From Camelus ferus (taxonomy: Eukaryota), in contig NC_045697.1 in the NCBI RefSeq assembly GCF_009834535.1, forward strand, positions 52,268,001-52,332,000: a DNA stretch of 64,000 nt. Direction: 5' to 3'. Of the stretch, positions 1 through 12,800 are shown one piece after another (position 1 is the first letter of the stretch; each line of letters starts with the position of its first letter). Made by a program: the position numbers and the translations under genes. The notes beneath the pieces are model-generated. The model was not told the origin of the DNA and did no database searches. It saw only the letters and a program-made list of their open reading frames with translations.

Positions 1-156
1 TAACTTGTTAATTTTTATTGATTTTTGGCTGATAAATTTAAGTTTTTAACTATCCTATTATATCCACTGCATATAACCATTCAGTTCTATTTTAAGGTTT
101 TTAGCATTGAAAAGAATTTCTATAATTCATTTAATAGTAATAGTGATCTGTCCAAC

Positions 157-758
157 TGAGACAGGAAGGGGGCAGGGTACAGCCATGCAAGGACTGCTAC
201 GGCAATTAACATCAAAATGGTGAGAGATTCAACCCCCAGTAGGCCTTGAGGCTCAAGGTGGTGGGAGATCTGTCTTCTAGCAGATCTTGAGCTTCAATAT
301 ATGCTCACTGTAATATATTAACATGGTGAATAACATGCCCACAGGCACCATGGCAGTCCCAAGGCTAGCCACAAAAGCTCAAAGAGTGGGAAATGGCCAA
401 CTTCCTGGGAATCCCAGCCCCTTCCCCAGACAAGTTAGACTGGTCCTTCCATTTATTAGCGTATGAAGCCACTGAGCCCATAAAAGCTGGCAACACGGTG
501 CTTGCGGCTGCCGCTCTGTCTGTGGAGTATGTACCTACTTTTACTCTAGTATGAGCACACAATCCTCACACCTCGTGGCCTTTCTCTTGCCTTTCAATGT
601 ATCTCTGTATAAATCTACCTTTACTCAACTGTGGCTTGCTCTTGAAGTCTTTCCTGCATGAAGCCAAGGACCCACACTTGGAGGGGCACATCCCAGGGGC
701 TCAACCAAAGCCTGGGACACGGCCCTCCTCATGCCCCACATCCATTTTTCCTGCATCA
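157..758 (+). mobile_element. Solo LTR, ERV1 class
   Basis: TG...CA termini with inverted ends TGAGACAGGAA / TTCCTGCATCA. 4-bp TSD CAAC at 153-156 and 759-762. TATA-like CCCATAAAA near 478. Confidence 0.85.
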
Positions 759-1493
759 CAACCATAGAAATAAAGACCTTTCTTGTTGATCTAGTCAAGT
801 ATCAAATATATTGATCATAAGAATCTGCAATTATTAGACACTAGAAATACCAAATCTTGTAGGATGACATAATCATGGCCTTCATGAAGGTCACAGCCTA
901 GTAGGGGACAGAGGAACTTCTAAAGAAAACTCTAAAATTTATTCCATACATCTCCACATCAGCTGCAAACTTCAGTCACCAGAGAAAGGAGACAGCAAGT
1001 GATCAAGACATTGGCGGATAGAAAGGTTCCTGATTCTAAGCTCTCAAAAGTGTTCAATGTATCTTATTACATTTACTGAGTTCAAGACAGTTGTTTTTAA
1101 AAATTATTGCTTTATTGAATTTTAAAAATTAAAGTGTATAGAGTTTAAAAAGAGAAACAAAATGTAATTTTTCTTTTTCTTTTTCTTTTTTTTTAACTCA
1201 TTTTTAACCCATGTCAAGGCACATTCAGTATGGTGAAGAGTCTAAAAAAACTCAGGTGCAACAAAGAAGAAATGTGTTCTCTACAAGTACCATACCATGG
1301 GTCAACTTCCTGAAATCCTGGAATTTAGTTTCTTAAATGTAAAGATTTTTGGTCAATGTGAATTATTTCTAATTTTTTTAGTTTATATCTACCACGTGAG
1401 AATTTATAGTGAAAATTAGAGAAAACATATAAAATTACCTAGCAGAATTTCTGGCCTAAGGAAAATGCACAACAAACAGTAGTTTCCCATTAC

Positions 1494-1496
<3 letters not shown>

Positions 1497-1548
<52 letters not shown>
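1497..1548. repeat. (TG)26 microsatellite
   Basis: Perfect dinucleotide run read directly from the sequence. Confidence 0.98.
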
Positions 1549-1550
<2 letters not shown>

Positions 1551-2285
1551 ATTTGAATTAAACTTTTCGTTTCACTAAACTTGGACTCATTTTATGGTGG
1601 AAATAAATAAATCTACAATTTCTCCAAAAATGAGTTGTGATTTTTTTTAAACCATCAGCTGTTAAGAAGTCTAATTTGGGTAGTTATCAAGCAAAATATA
1701 ACTTGTCATGCACAGCAACCAATTTTTATGTGTCACAGAATGCAAAATTAAAACACCAGATCCCTTAGCAAAATATATGCAAAATGAAGTTGGCATAAAG
1801 GTTAATAGATTTCCTTTTAAATTCCATGATAGTTTATTCCTATTATATCTAAAACTGGAATTTTTTAAAACTTAAAATAGTCTTAAAAGCTCTTCTAGAG
1901 TTCTTATATTTGCCACATATGCAGCTCTATTCGGATTGGCACAAGGCAAATAGATGGGTGGATGGATGATAGATTTATTGATCAACAAACAGATAGATAG
2001 AAAACAAGGAAGGAAGAGAACAGAGAGGATTTTCTGTGATACACTTATAAACAAAAAATGTCATTTTTGGAATCCAACTAAATTATTGCAAAGCTGCAAT
2101 TTTAAAAAGTCACTCAAGACCTGAAGTACAAATAAAACAGTTAATCCATTTACTGCCCATTTCAGCAACATTTTCCATCTCATCAAGAATTGATTTACTA
2201 CAAATTTCCAAGAGGAAGGATTACGAGTATTTCTATTTTCCAAAATGTGGATATTCTACTAAGAAAATTTGAGAATAAGAGTAAA

Positions 2286-4017
2286 TAGTCAGTTCTTCTA
2301 TAATGCTTATTTTGAAAGTGCAAATTTATTCCAAGGTGATTGATATAATAAGGAACAAGTTGAACATAATGTAACTTTCACATTTTACTTATGCATGATT
2401 TTACCCGCAAAAAAAAAACAAAAAAAAAAACTATATGCAGGTAAAAAAGTTGCACCCAGCTGAACTGAGTCAGAAAGCACAAAATGCATTCACACACACA
2501 CCTTAAACATCTATTAACTACTTCTGTTAATGCATGTGTTAAAATGCAAGTTTTTTTTATTATTATTCTTTTGCACTTGTAAACTTGTTTTTTAAAAGCC
2601 ATTTATTATCTTAGATATGTCTAAATGCTTTAAAATTACAACCTGTGCGTGTAAAAGAAAAGCTTTAAGGACTGAAGAGAATCTTGAAATGATAAAGCAT
2701 TTTGAAAGAAATGGGAGAACATGTGATATTTCCAGAGCAACAGAGACAAAACTGGGAAATAAAAGCTTTATGGTTGAAACATTTCAAATGCTGAAAAGTC
2801 AATAAGGCCTAAAGCAGCAGAAAATAGGAAGATTGTTAAGCATGTGGATTGAAGACCAAATAAAAGAAAATCAGAAATAATTTTTCTCACAATCAAAGAG
2901 AAAGCACTATTCATAAATAAAGACCTTCAACAGAAATCACCAAACCCTGAAAGTGACCTCTTTCAGATCACTCCTTTTAAATCACAGTGGCGTGGTCTAT
3001 GGTTTCAAACGTAGCCAAAATTTCCAAGCCTTCAACTGTTGGATGGAGCCACAAGGACAAATAAGAAAGGCACAAAAAAATTTCCAGCTGTGATATAGAA
3101 GTTAAGTGAAGAAAAACGCTATACTTTAGACCAAATTTTTAATTTTGAAGAAGCAGCTATCTAGCATATTGTACGTCTGGAAGGACCTACACCTCAAAGG
3201 CAGAAAAACGTCCCTGGATTTAAGGTAGGGAATCGTAACTGTGATGTTTGGCTCAAACACAATGAGCCACACTTCCCCAAACTTTCCATCTGACTTCAGA
3301 TAGGGTCCTTCCACCACGTTGCAACAACCTACAAGTCACAGCTTTTCCTCTCCCACTTCCACAAACAAACTTCAGGTCCTTCTTAAGAATAAGTGCCGTA
3401 TTTATTGTAGTACTTGTGTATTTCTGAACCATTTAACATGTGTAACCATGCTACCATTTTTATAAGGCTCTTTTATAGATACAAACTGATGAAGTTTTTG
3501 AGTGTTGTGACCCATTTTCCCCATAGTCTCTATTTTTTAATTGCACAATTTTCCTGTCACTTCCATTTTGAGGCATGTATTGTGGATGAAAACTGTTGCC
3601 TGCCCTGTCAGTTATCAAAGGCTATTGTAGCCATCAGCCCAGCAGCCGCTGCAGCCACCCTGACTGCACACCCAGAGGAAAAGCAGGAGACTGGCCCTAG
3701 ACAGTTAAGGTGGACATCAGTGAGCCCAGCTCTTGCATCCTCCCATACACAGACAGGCACTACATCCATTGACTTGAGATGCCTGGCTTTGTTTAACAGT
3801 AATCTTTCATGTTCTGGCTACCTGATTTTCATTGCAAAACTCCTATCCTGGCTTCTCCCTAACCCCTTCAGAGCAGTCCCTCAGAGCTATCACAGGCTGT
3901 CTTCTGGGCTTAAGCCCTCAGTTTTGTCCACCAAATAAAATGTAACTCTCAACTTTTAGGTTGTGCCTTTTTTTTTTAAAGTCAACAGTATATATCCTGT
4001 TACAGCAGAACTGGCTA
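2286..4017 (+). mobile_element. Tigger/pogo (TcMar) DNA transposon, internally deleted, with decayed transposase N-terminus; interrupted by an LTR
   Basis: TIR-like ends TAGTCAGTTCTTCTATAA and GTTACAGCAGAACTGGCTA(TA). Remnant peptides KRKALRTEENLEMIKHFE (psq HTH), RLLSMWIEDQ (CENP-B HTH) and EEKRYTLDQIFNFEE (start of DDE region), broken by stops and frameshifts. Confidence 0.8.
3581..3987 (+). mobile_element. Solo LTR (ERV1 class) nested near the right end of the Tigger element
   Basis: TG...GTCAACA termini, 4-bp TSD GTAT at 3577-3580 and 3988-3991, AATAAA near 3934. Confidence 0.8.
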
Positions 4018-4050
4018 TAGTACTCTTCAGAGAAGGCCTCTAGCTTTCTA

Positions 4051-4608
4051 TGACTACAACTCACCTATATGTTATATTTGGCATGACAATGCCAACTACA
4101 AATTGGCACTTGCCATGCCATCTGCCTCTACAAGGATTGGATCACGCTGGCACTTGCCATCTATCTCTGCTTGGATTAAATCATGAGCTGCTGCAGCCAT
4201 TGACCTCCAGCACACCCTGAAAGGAGCTTAGGGTGGAGATCAGGAATGGAATGCGGCACTTTATGCTCTGGGAAAACTGGCAGGACAGGTCTAACAGATA
4301 GTTAGATATTTTCAGGAGAAGATTTTATGAGCCCCAATTCTTGCATCTCCTCATATCTAGAAAAGCACTAACTCCATTAATGGTGACATCCACTCCTCAT
4401 GACTAGCAGCAAGCCTCTCTTAATGTGTGCTTGACTGCACGCACCCTCTTCCTTAAAATCATAGATAATACCGTTGTTCTCCCTTGTCACTTCGGAGCAG
4501 TTCCTCAGAGCTATCAGAGATGCTGTCTCTTGGGCTATAGTCCTCATTTTGCCCCAAATAAAACCTAACTCGCAACTCTCACATTGTGTGACTTTATTTC
4601 AGTCAACA
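4051..4608 (+). mobile_element. Second LTR related to 3581-3987; 5' boundary uncertain
   Basis: Shares GAGCAGTTCCTCAGAGCTATC, CCAAATAAAA..TAACTC and the GTCAACA end with the neighbouring LTR. No clear TSD found. Confidence 0.7.
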
Positions 4609-4699
4609 ATAATTACCCAGAAAAATTCTACTAAATAAGATTAATGGTTTGTTAATCATGGGAGATGGGAGTGGGGGTGGGGGGTGGGGATTTCATCCT

Positions 4700-5680
4700 T
4701 CTGCTAACAACTCCTAAATTTGTATATTTGAGCACAGATCCTTCTGACCTCCAAACTTACATAATAAACAGTACTTTACATTTCTTTAGACATCTTGTAG
4801 TCATCTCAAATGCACTTAATGTGTCCAAAACTAAACTCTTCAGCGTCTCTTGAAAAACTGCACCTCCTCCAGTTTCCATCACCTGAGTAAACCACCCCTC
4901 TGCTCCTGTTCTTTTCCCCACTCATGCCTGAAGCCTGGTCATCCTGAACAACTCTTCCCCCAGCCCCCCAAATACCAACTGCATCTAAACCATCACCAGA
5001 CCTGCCCACGCTACCTCCCAAATGCATTTCCACCCTCTCCCTTCTGTCTCCATTGCCCCCACCTGGTCTACATCTCCCTGGGAGACCACAGCCTCTTCAG
5101 GGTGCCCCAGGTTCTCCCCAGAGTATTTTGTGAGGGAAACTAGCATCAGGTCACACCTCAAACTAAAAACATTAATGGCTTTCCACTGCAGGTTTTACAA
5201 TCCACAAAATTTCTTAAATTCAACATGACGTGGCCCTAGACTATCTCTTAAATCTCATCTCATACTATTCCTCCCCCATCACCCCCATTCCTGCATCCTG
5301 AAAGCTGGCTTAATAGACCCAAGTCCTTTCTGGCCTCATACCTCCGCTCATACTGTTCATTTTGTGGGCACATCTTCTCTGTTTAATTTCTACTCAGTCT
5401 TCAGGACTTGGGTGAATATCACTTTTTCAGAAACACTTTTCTACCTCCCACTCTAAATTAGCACCCTCTTTATCCTCTTTCTGATCTCACAATTACTGTC
5501 CTTCTTAAGGCTTATCTTTATTTATTTATTCATTTGTGTAATTATTTGCTAAATTCTCAATTTCCCACTAGACTATGAATCCCACGAGGTCAGACAGCAT
5601 CTCTGTTTTGGTCGCAGTATTGCATAACTAACCTGACTGGCACAGAGTACACACTTAAAAATATTTATAAGATGAATAAA
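4700..5680 (+). mobile_element. LINE-2 3' fragment, old and degraded
   Basis: L2-like motif ACTTAATGTGTCCAAAACTAAACTC and 3' end ...GGCACAGAGTACACACTTAAAAATATTTATAAGATGAATAAA. Confidence 0.65.
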
Positions 5681-5799
5681 CTCCTTCAGAAAATGTTTAT
5701 CCTATTATGTTTGGGGTGTTGGATTAAGTTCCAGGACTGTATCTAAGAACACATGATCTTTCGTGGGGGACATATAATCAAATAATCATCATAATAGCA

Positions 5800-6000
5800 A
5801 TAACTAGCATTTTGACAATTTGTGTTAGGTGATGCATTATCAAAATCCACCTTTATAACAACTCTATGATGTTGATACAATTCTGTTGTTATGCCCACTT
5901 CACAGATGAGGAAACTGAGATTCATCAAGGATAAGTAATTTGTCTGAAGTTACACAGCCAGTCAGAGGCAGAAGTTTAATGGCATGTGCTCTAAATACTC
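5800..6000 (-). mobile_element. MIR SINE
   Basis: Core motif CCCACTTCACAGATGAGGAAACTGAG. Confidence 0.75.
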
Positions 6001-6499
6001 TCCACAGAGGCAGGAAAGACATATCTGTCCTTGGGGAGTTGGGAAGGATTTCCCTTAAAAGTAACACTTAATCTGCATCTTAAAGAGTGAGTCAGAGGTT
6101 TCCAGATAGAAAAGGGGGTGAGGGCATGGTGGGAAGAAGAAAAAGCAGACATTAGTGAGTGAGAGGGCACAGCATGTTTTTTTGTAGGACAAAGAGTTCA
6201 TAGGAGTTGAAGTGCTAAGTCGCATGGTAGAAAGTCCTCTGAAAGGAGGCAAAATAAATAGGTTGGGAACAGACTGAGAAAGTCCTGTGGTATCTCTAAT
6301 CTGATCACTGGAAAACCAGTGGTAGTTTTGATCTAATAAAAATAAAAATATTCCAGGGAACTTCTTGCTCTTAAAATGCTAGGTCCATCAATTCTATCAT
6401 AGAAAAAGCAGAAGTGCCAGACTTATTAAAACACATGGATAATTAAGGATGAAATATTAGAAATTACTAATTACTAATATAAACCAACAGCTCTCTTCC

Positions 6500-8990
6500 T
6501 CTTCCCTTCACTTCCTTCCCTGGACGTGTCAGTCCCAGACAATCAGGTGCAGCCGAGCATGGTGGTGCCCTCCTTAGCACAGGAGAACCACAGGGACCCA
6601 GAGCAAGATTTTGGAGCAAGATCGGGATGACATGAGTCCACCTAGGCAGAATGAGGAGGGTGTGTTTGTGGGAAGGGTATGCCCGGTATGCAGAATTGGA
6701 GCCCAAGTTGGGTGAGGAGGTCTGGGCATGGGGGTGACTCAGTGCAGGGTGTCAGAGCCCAAGTGGGGTGAGCAAGGTTTCTGGGTGGGAGAGTTTGTAA
6801 GAGCCCAACTGGAGTAGCGAGGGTGCCCATATAGGGGAGAGGGACATGGCAACAGCCTAGCATTGGGACTTAAAACCTGAATGGTGTGAGGACAATATCC
6901 CTGGAAGAAAAGCGGGCAGGATCAGAGATGGGAGTGAGTTACATACATGCAGATTAATCAATAAATAATAAGTATATAAAGGGCAATGGTCCAGGTTTTT
7001 CACTGCCAGAGAATGGAGTTACCAGTATGGAAAGAAACCCTATGGTGTTAGTTGGAATTGAAGGCTTCAATGTAAACTCAGTATTTTACAAAATTATCTA
7101 CATGATTATAGAGAATAAATATAGATGTGTGTATATGTGAGTATGTGTGTGCACATACACGTATTTCAGCTCTGTCCACTAAGATGGCATGAAAAGGGCA
7201 AAAGCAACTTGTGCATCTAGCACCCAGACCTTCCTTTCTAAAGACCTTTATCCACTAGAGACAGGGCTTCTTGAAAGAAATAGCTGATTCCAAGGTGGAG
7301 GAAGAAAAAGCATAAGATGAGCCTAGAATACTTTATGTAGCTGAAAGTGAGGAAGTGTTCTAAAAATGGTGGGTTCAAAAAGACACATGCACCCCAATGT
7401 TCATAGCAGCATTATATACAATAGCCAAGACATGGAAACAGCCTAAATGTCCATTGACAGATGCCTGGATTAAGACGTAGTGATATAGTTACACAATGGA
7501 ATACTACTCAGCCATTAAAAAGAATAAAATAATGCCATTTGCAGCAACATGGATGGATCTGGAGGTCGTCATTCTAAGTGAAGTGAGCCAGAAAGAGAAA
7601 GAAAAATACCATATGATATCGCTTATATGTGGAATCTTAAAAAAAAAAAAAAAAAAAAGACACGAACTTATTTCCAAAACAGAAACAGACACAGATATAG
7701 AAAACAAACTTGTGGTTACCAGGGGGAAAGAGAGTGGGAAAGGATAAATTGGGAGTTTGGGATTAGCAGATACTAACTACTGTATATAAAATAGATAAAC
7801 TAAAAGGTCCTACTGTACTGCACAGGGAACTATATTTAGTACCTTCTGATAGCCTATAATGAAAAAGAATATGAAAAGGAATATATATACATATATATGT
7901 ATAACTGAATCAGTATGCTGTACACTAGAAACTAACACAACATTGTAAGCCAATTACACTTCAATTAAAAAAAACAGAATATAAATTTTTTAAAAATGAT
8001 GGTGACTTGTCAAAAGCCACAAAAGCCAGATTGAAGGGCTCCCACTGGCCAAGTCAGGAATAATACGAAGGTTAAAATAAATATAAAGTAACAGATTATA
8101 ATCAATCACATTAAATAGAATTGTAACAAATGTACTACCCAGGTACGGAATGAGATAACGGAGGAGACAGCATGTGAGGAGCAGAGAATACACAGGAATC
8201 ATCTATACTATCCTCCCAATTGTGCTGTGTACTTAAAACTGCCCTTTTAAAAAGTCTTTTAAAAATAAAATAGAAAGGCATGAGTCCATATTAATATAAG
8301 GAATTAAGTAAATAAACAAATTAAAACTATCATAAAAAAGAGGATTTTACATAGTCTCAAAATACCTTCCCATGATAAAAATATTTACTAAACACAAAGA
8401 GAAAAAGAGTAACATAGCAGTGAACAACACTGGCAGACACCACCTTACTAAAGTGATTAAAGTGAACACCACCAGCACCAGGACAAAATGCACCTGTGCC
8501 CCACTGGACAAAATGCAGAGGAAAGAATGCAGAATCACTTTTGCGGCATTTCTGCCAAAGATACATAACCTGAATCTAAAGATAAGGAAATATTAGACAA
8601 TCCTCCAGAGAAGGATATTCTATAAAATAAGTAGTCTATAGACTTCAAAAGTGTCAGGATCATCAGTCAAGGAATGACTGGCTCCAGGTTGAAGGAGACT
8701 AAAGAGACAAGACAACAAACACAACACGCAATTTTGAACTGCATCCTTTAGCTACAAAGGATATTGCTCAAATGTGGTCTGAGGATGAGGTATCAATGTC
8801 CATTTCCTGACATCAAGGGTTGTGCTGTGGCCATGTCCCTCTTTGTAGGAAATACACATTCAAGTATTCCAGGTGCTGAAGCAGATCAGCAACCTGCTCA
8901 AAATAGGTTCAGGAAAAAAGAAGTTCTTTGTACTCACTGTAATCCAACTCTTTGGTGGTTGAAATAGTTCTTTTAAATAAAGAAGCAAAC
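6500..8990 (+). mobile_element. Old L1M (L1MC-like) 3' UTR region, interrupted by younger L1 pieces at 7374-7974 and about 8125-8270
   Basis: L1MC-type motifs (CACTGGCAGACACCACCTTA, CATAACCTGAATCTAA) and an A-rich end near 8980. Boundaries approximate. Confidence 0.55.
7374..7974 (+). mobile_element. Young 5'-truncated L1 (end of ORF2, 3' UTR and A tail)
   Basis: ORF 7496-7747 MEYYSAIKKNKIMPFAATWMDLE is the L1 ORF2 C-terminus. Ends in TCAATTAAAAAAAA. Confidence 0.93.
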
Positions 8991-9211
8991 AAACAAGTAC
9001 TAATATCACCTTGATGTGTCAGCTCCAGTCTCCAGAACTCAGCTTGAACTCAACTGTTAACACAGGAGAATCTTCAAACTCGAAATCCTGGCAACATATT
9101 GCTTCCCTTAGCAACTAACCAAACATCACATTCATTCTTTTTTAACACACATCCTTAACAAATTATATTTGGTTTCTGACCTTTCCAGCCAATTATTTAT
9201 TACATCATCAC

Positions 9212-9692
9212 TGTAGAGGCTGACAGATCAAAGACTACCAGAAGCACACCTGTGAAAACAAAACAAAAAAAATACAGGTGAGTTTATTTAGTTTGCACAG
9301 GAAGAGAGACTTCATAACTTGGGAACCACAGGAGCATCTGAGTGGGGGGAGCTGAGAAGGGCTTCTTACAGGATTTGAGCTCATAGCGGGTGATTCTAAG
9401 GAGAAGTTAAGGAAGCAGGGACCAGTTCCGGACTGGAAGCTCTCAAGAAGCAGGGGCAATTCAGTGACTGGGAATCTTAACACTTTTCCTCCAAAGAGGT
9501 GAGAAGATTAAATAAGCCTAGACTTGCCATCGGTAAAGAAGCTGCAATCTTTCATGGTCATCAGAAGGGAAGGTGTTTACTCATTTCTATTGTCACGTAG
9601 TGGCCTCGTCTACAGCCTGTTCTGTGGATTGTTTATGTCCGATCGGGAATATTTGGTCTGGCTGTCAGCAGGGCCATTTTTCAATTTCTCAC
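9212..9692 (-). mobile_element. Probable old solo LTR
   Basis: TG start and CA end, minus-strand AATAAA near 9284, general LTR-like layout. Family not identified. Confidence 0.45.
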
Positions 9693-10495
9693 CAGAGAAG
9701 TAGATAAGAAGATAAGCAGTACTGTAAAAGGCGACACAGTGTAAACAGAGGATGCAATCACTGACTGCCTGTTACTAAGGAAAGAGTTAAAAAGTCACGA
9801 GGAGACTGCAGGGAATAATAGAATGTAGCAGCCTCTAAAATATTTCTTAACCTCTCTCCCAAACATCTGCTACTCTCATCAACCCCCATCCCCACATTTG
9901 CAAAGGATATAACCTAGTCTCACATTTCATGACTGAAATAAGGGATCAGTGGTAACCTTCCCTTAGCCCTGACATACCCTTAGTCTTTCTCTCCTCTCCC
10001 TCTTTTCTCTATGCTGTGCACGCACGATCTGCATGAGAGAGAGCTCACAGCCATGGGACAAGTCTTCATCAACAAAGAACAAAAGTGAGTGTGTAACTCT
10101 CCCCCTCTTTTTCCCTCTAAAAGACAATTCTGAAACACATCCTACTCGGCCTCTCGTGGTCCCAGCAAGACCAAGCCCCAGCTGCCCACAGCAGGGACAG
10201 AGGCAACAACATACTCTTTCACTGCTTTGCCTTCTTTCTCTATTTCCCTTGTCCCAGTCACCCCCTCCTATTTCCAGGGGGCATTTCTCAAATAAAGTAC
10301 CTTATCTCTCGCTAAGATCTTGGGGGAAAGCCAGACTAAAATAGTAACTCTGAAAAAACACTTTTTTTTTTAAAAGGAGTGATTCAGCTTTTCTTCCCTT
10401 CAACTCTTCCTGAGACCACAGTTGACTCAAAACTCTTCCTAACCGAGTTTATTCAAAGCTACAAATGTAGCTGTCAGAATTCAACAATAGGTATG

Positions 10496-10900
10496 TGTTA
10501 TGGCCAGAGCTGTGTCCCCCCAAAACTCATCTGTTGAAGCCTTAACTCTTAGTACCTCAGAATGTCACTGTATTTGGAGATAAGGGCCTTTAAAGAGATG
10601 ATTAAGTTTAAAGGAAGCCTTCAGTGTGGACCCTGCTTCAATCTGACTGATGTCCTTACAAGAAAAGGAAACCTGGACACACAGAGAGACACCAGGGATG
10701 CGCACACACAGACGAAAGGCCGCGAGAGGACACAGCAAGAAGGGAGCCATTTGCAAACCAGGGAGAGAGGCCTCAGAAGAAGCCGAAACCTGCCAATACC
10801 TTATCTTAGACCCCTGGCCTCCAGACCTGTAAGAAATAAACTTGTTATTTGAGTCACCCAGCCTGTGGTGTCTCTCATGTAGTCCTACCGAACTAATTCA
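10496..10900 (+). mobile_element. MaLR solo LTR (MLT1A/B-like)
   Basis: Starts TGTTATGG...TGTGTCCCCCAAAA and ends AACTAATTCA. Perfect 5-bp TSD GTATG at 10491-10495 and 10901-10905. Confidence 0.9.
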
Positions 10901-12021
10901 GTATGTTATCAGAAAATAGTATTTTTTACCTTTAACTAGTATGAGGCTTCCTTACCAATCAATCAAGAGATAATAGTTTTAGAAAGGTACAGAGGTTTAA
11001 TTTCATAATGATGGTCCTGAGTCATCAGCAAAATCTGAAGTTATTTCTAGACTCTCTCTATATGACACTGGTATATTTTCTAAGATTTTGGACCTTAAAG
11101 ACATAAACCTCTTTTATCTGGGACTACAATTTATCAGAAACGAAAACTGTATAAATAATTTATCTCTATCTTGGCAGAATTTTCTAGCTTTCAGGTTTGG
11201 AAGAGGCATGCTTTTCTGATGTTTCCAGAGAGAGAAGCATGACTGGACATGAATACTAAACATTGATAAACCTGAAAATGTTTACAGATTGTGGAAGGTA
11301 TTTCAGATTGTGGAATAAAGAGGCTGAATTACATTCAGTTCTTTTCTGTATTGAGTTAATACCTCATTACTTATTCTGGATCATAAAGAGTCCCCAGAAC
11401 ACTCTGCTAAAGACTGTCCTTTCCTCTTACTTTTCCTTTGACCCATTACCAACCAGTTGTGCAGGTGGATGAGCCATTGTTACTCCAGCAGGAAGGAGAG
11501 ATGGCAAAGGATGGGGATACAGGTGAGGCCAGCATGGCAGGGGCTGTGAGCTGAGCCTAAATGAATGAAAGGCAAGAGACTCTCTAAGGAGAAAAAATTA
11601 TTTTAATTCCTTCTCCCATAACCCACAGTTGTAATGCAACATAGAGCAATCATTGGAAGATACTGTTATTATATGTAGAAATTAATATCATAAGAAGAAA
11701 TTTTATCTAAAACTCTTAGGATAGGAGGCTGGGACACAGACATACAAATTAATATACATCAACAGCTGAGTAACCGCTACTTGACACCAACACAGCATCA
11801 CTGACCACATTTTCTAAAATAGAGCCTTAAATCCTGAGTCACAGTACTTATTTTTGAGGAAAAAAAGAAAAAATATTTCTAAGGAACTCTTCAGTCAAGT
11901 TTGAGTGTATTGCCTGAAACTGATTCCATCAAATAAAGTGTCTATCTTGGAAACAAACTATTGTGTAATTCTGTGATAATAGGCAAAGACAGAAAAGTGA
12001 CTTCAGCAGAAATGACATGAC

Positions 12022-12800
12022 CTGCAGAAAGGCTATCATTAAAAAGTTCAGAAATGATAAATGCTGGAGAGGATGTGGAGAAAGGGAAACCCTCCTACAC
12101 TTATGGTGGGAATGTAAATTGGTGCAGCCATTATGGAAAATGGTATAGAGAGCCCTTAAAAAACTAAAAATAGACTTACCATATGATCCAGCAACCCCAC
12201 TCTGGGGCATATACCCAGAAGAAACTAATTCAAAAAGACACATGCACCCCAATGTTCATAGCAGCACTATTTACAATAGCCAAGACATGGAAACAGTCTA
12301 AATGTCCACTGACAGATGCCTGAATAAAGAAGTTGTGGTATAGTTATACAATGGAATACTACTCAGCCATAAAAAGAATAAAATAATGCCATTTGCAGCA
12401 ACATGGATGGACCTGGAGATCATCATTCTAAGTGAAGTAAGCCAGAAAGAGAAAGAATAATACCATATATCACTTACGTGTGGAATCTAAAAAAATAACA
12501 CAAATAAACTTATTTACAAAACAGAAACAGACTCATGGACATGAATGTCAAACTTATGGTTACTGAGGGGAAGGGAAGAGTGGATAAAGTGGGAGTTCAG
12601 GATTTGCAGATCCTAACTACTGTATATAAAATAAACAACAAGGTCCTACTGTATAGCACAGGGAACTGTAGTCAATATCTTGTAGTAGCATATAATGAAA
12701 AAGAATATGAAAAGGAATATATATATGTATAACTGAATCACTATGCTGTACACCAGAAATTAACACAACATTGAAAACCAACTATACTTCAGTTAAAAAA
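12022..12800 (+). mobile_element. Young 5'-truncated L1 with 14-bp TSD
   Basis: ORF2 C-terminal and 3' UTR sequence. TSD AGAAA(T/C)GACATGAC at 12008-12021 and 12801-12814. Confidence 0.93.

Noticed and set aside
2617..3170. Tigger transposase remnant as a possible domesticated TIGD/CENP-B-like gene
   Set aside because: It has in-frame stops and frameshifts, and most of the DDE domain is missing.
3414..3938. 174-aa ORF
   Set aside because: It spans a Tigger/LTR junction, has no ATG at the called start and no coherent domain. Chance ORF.
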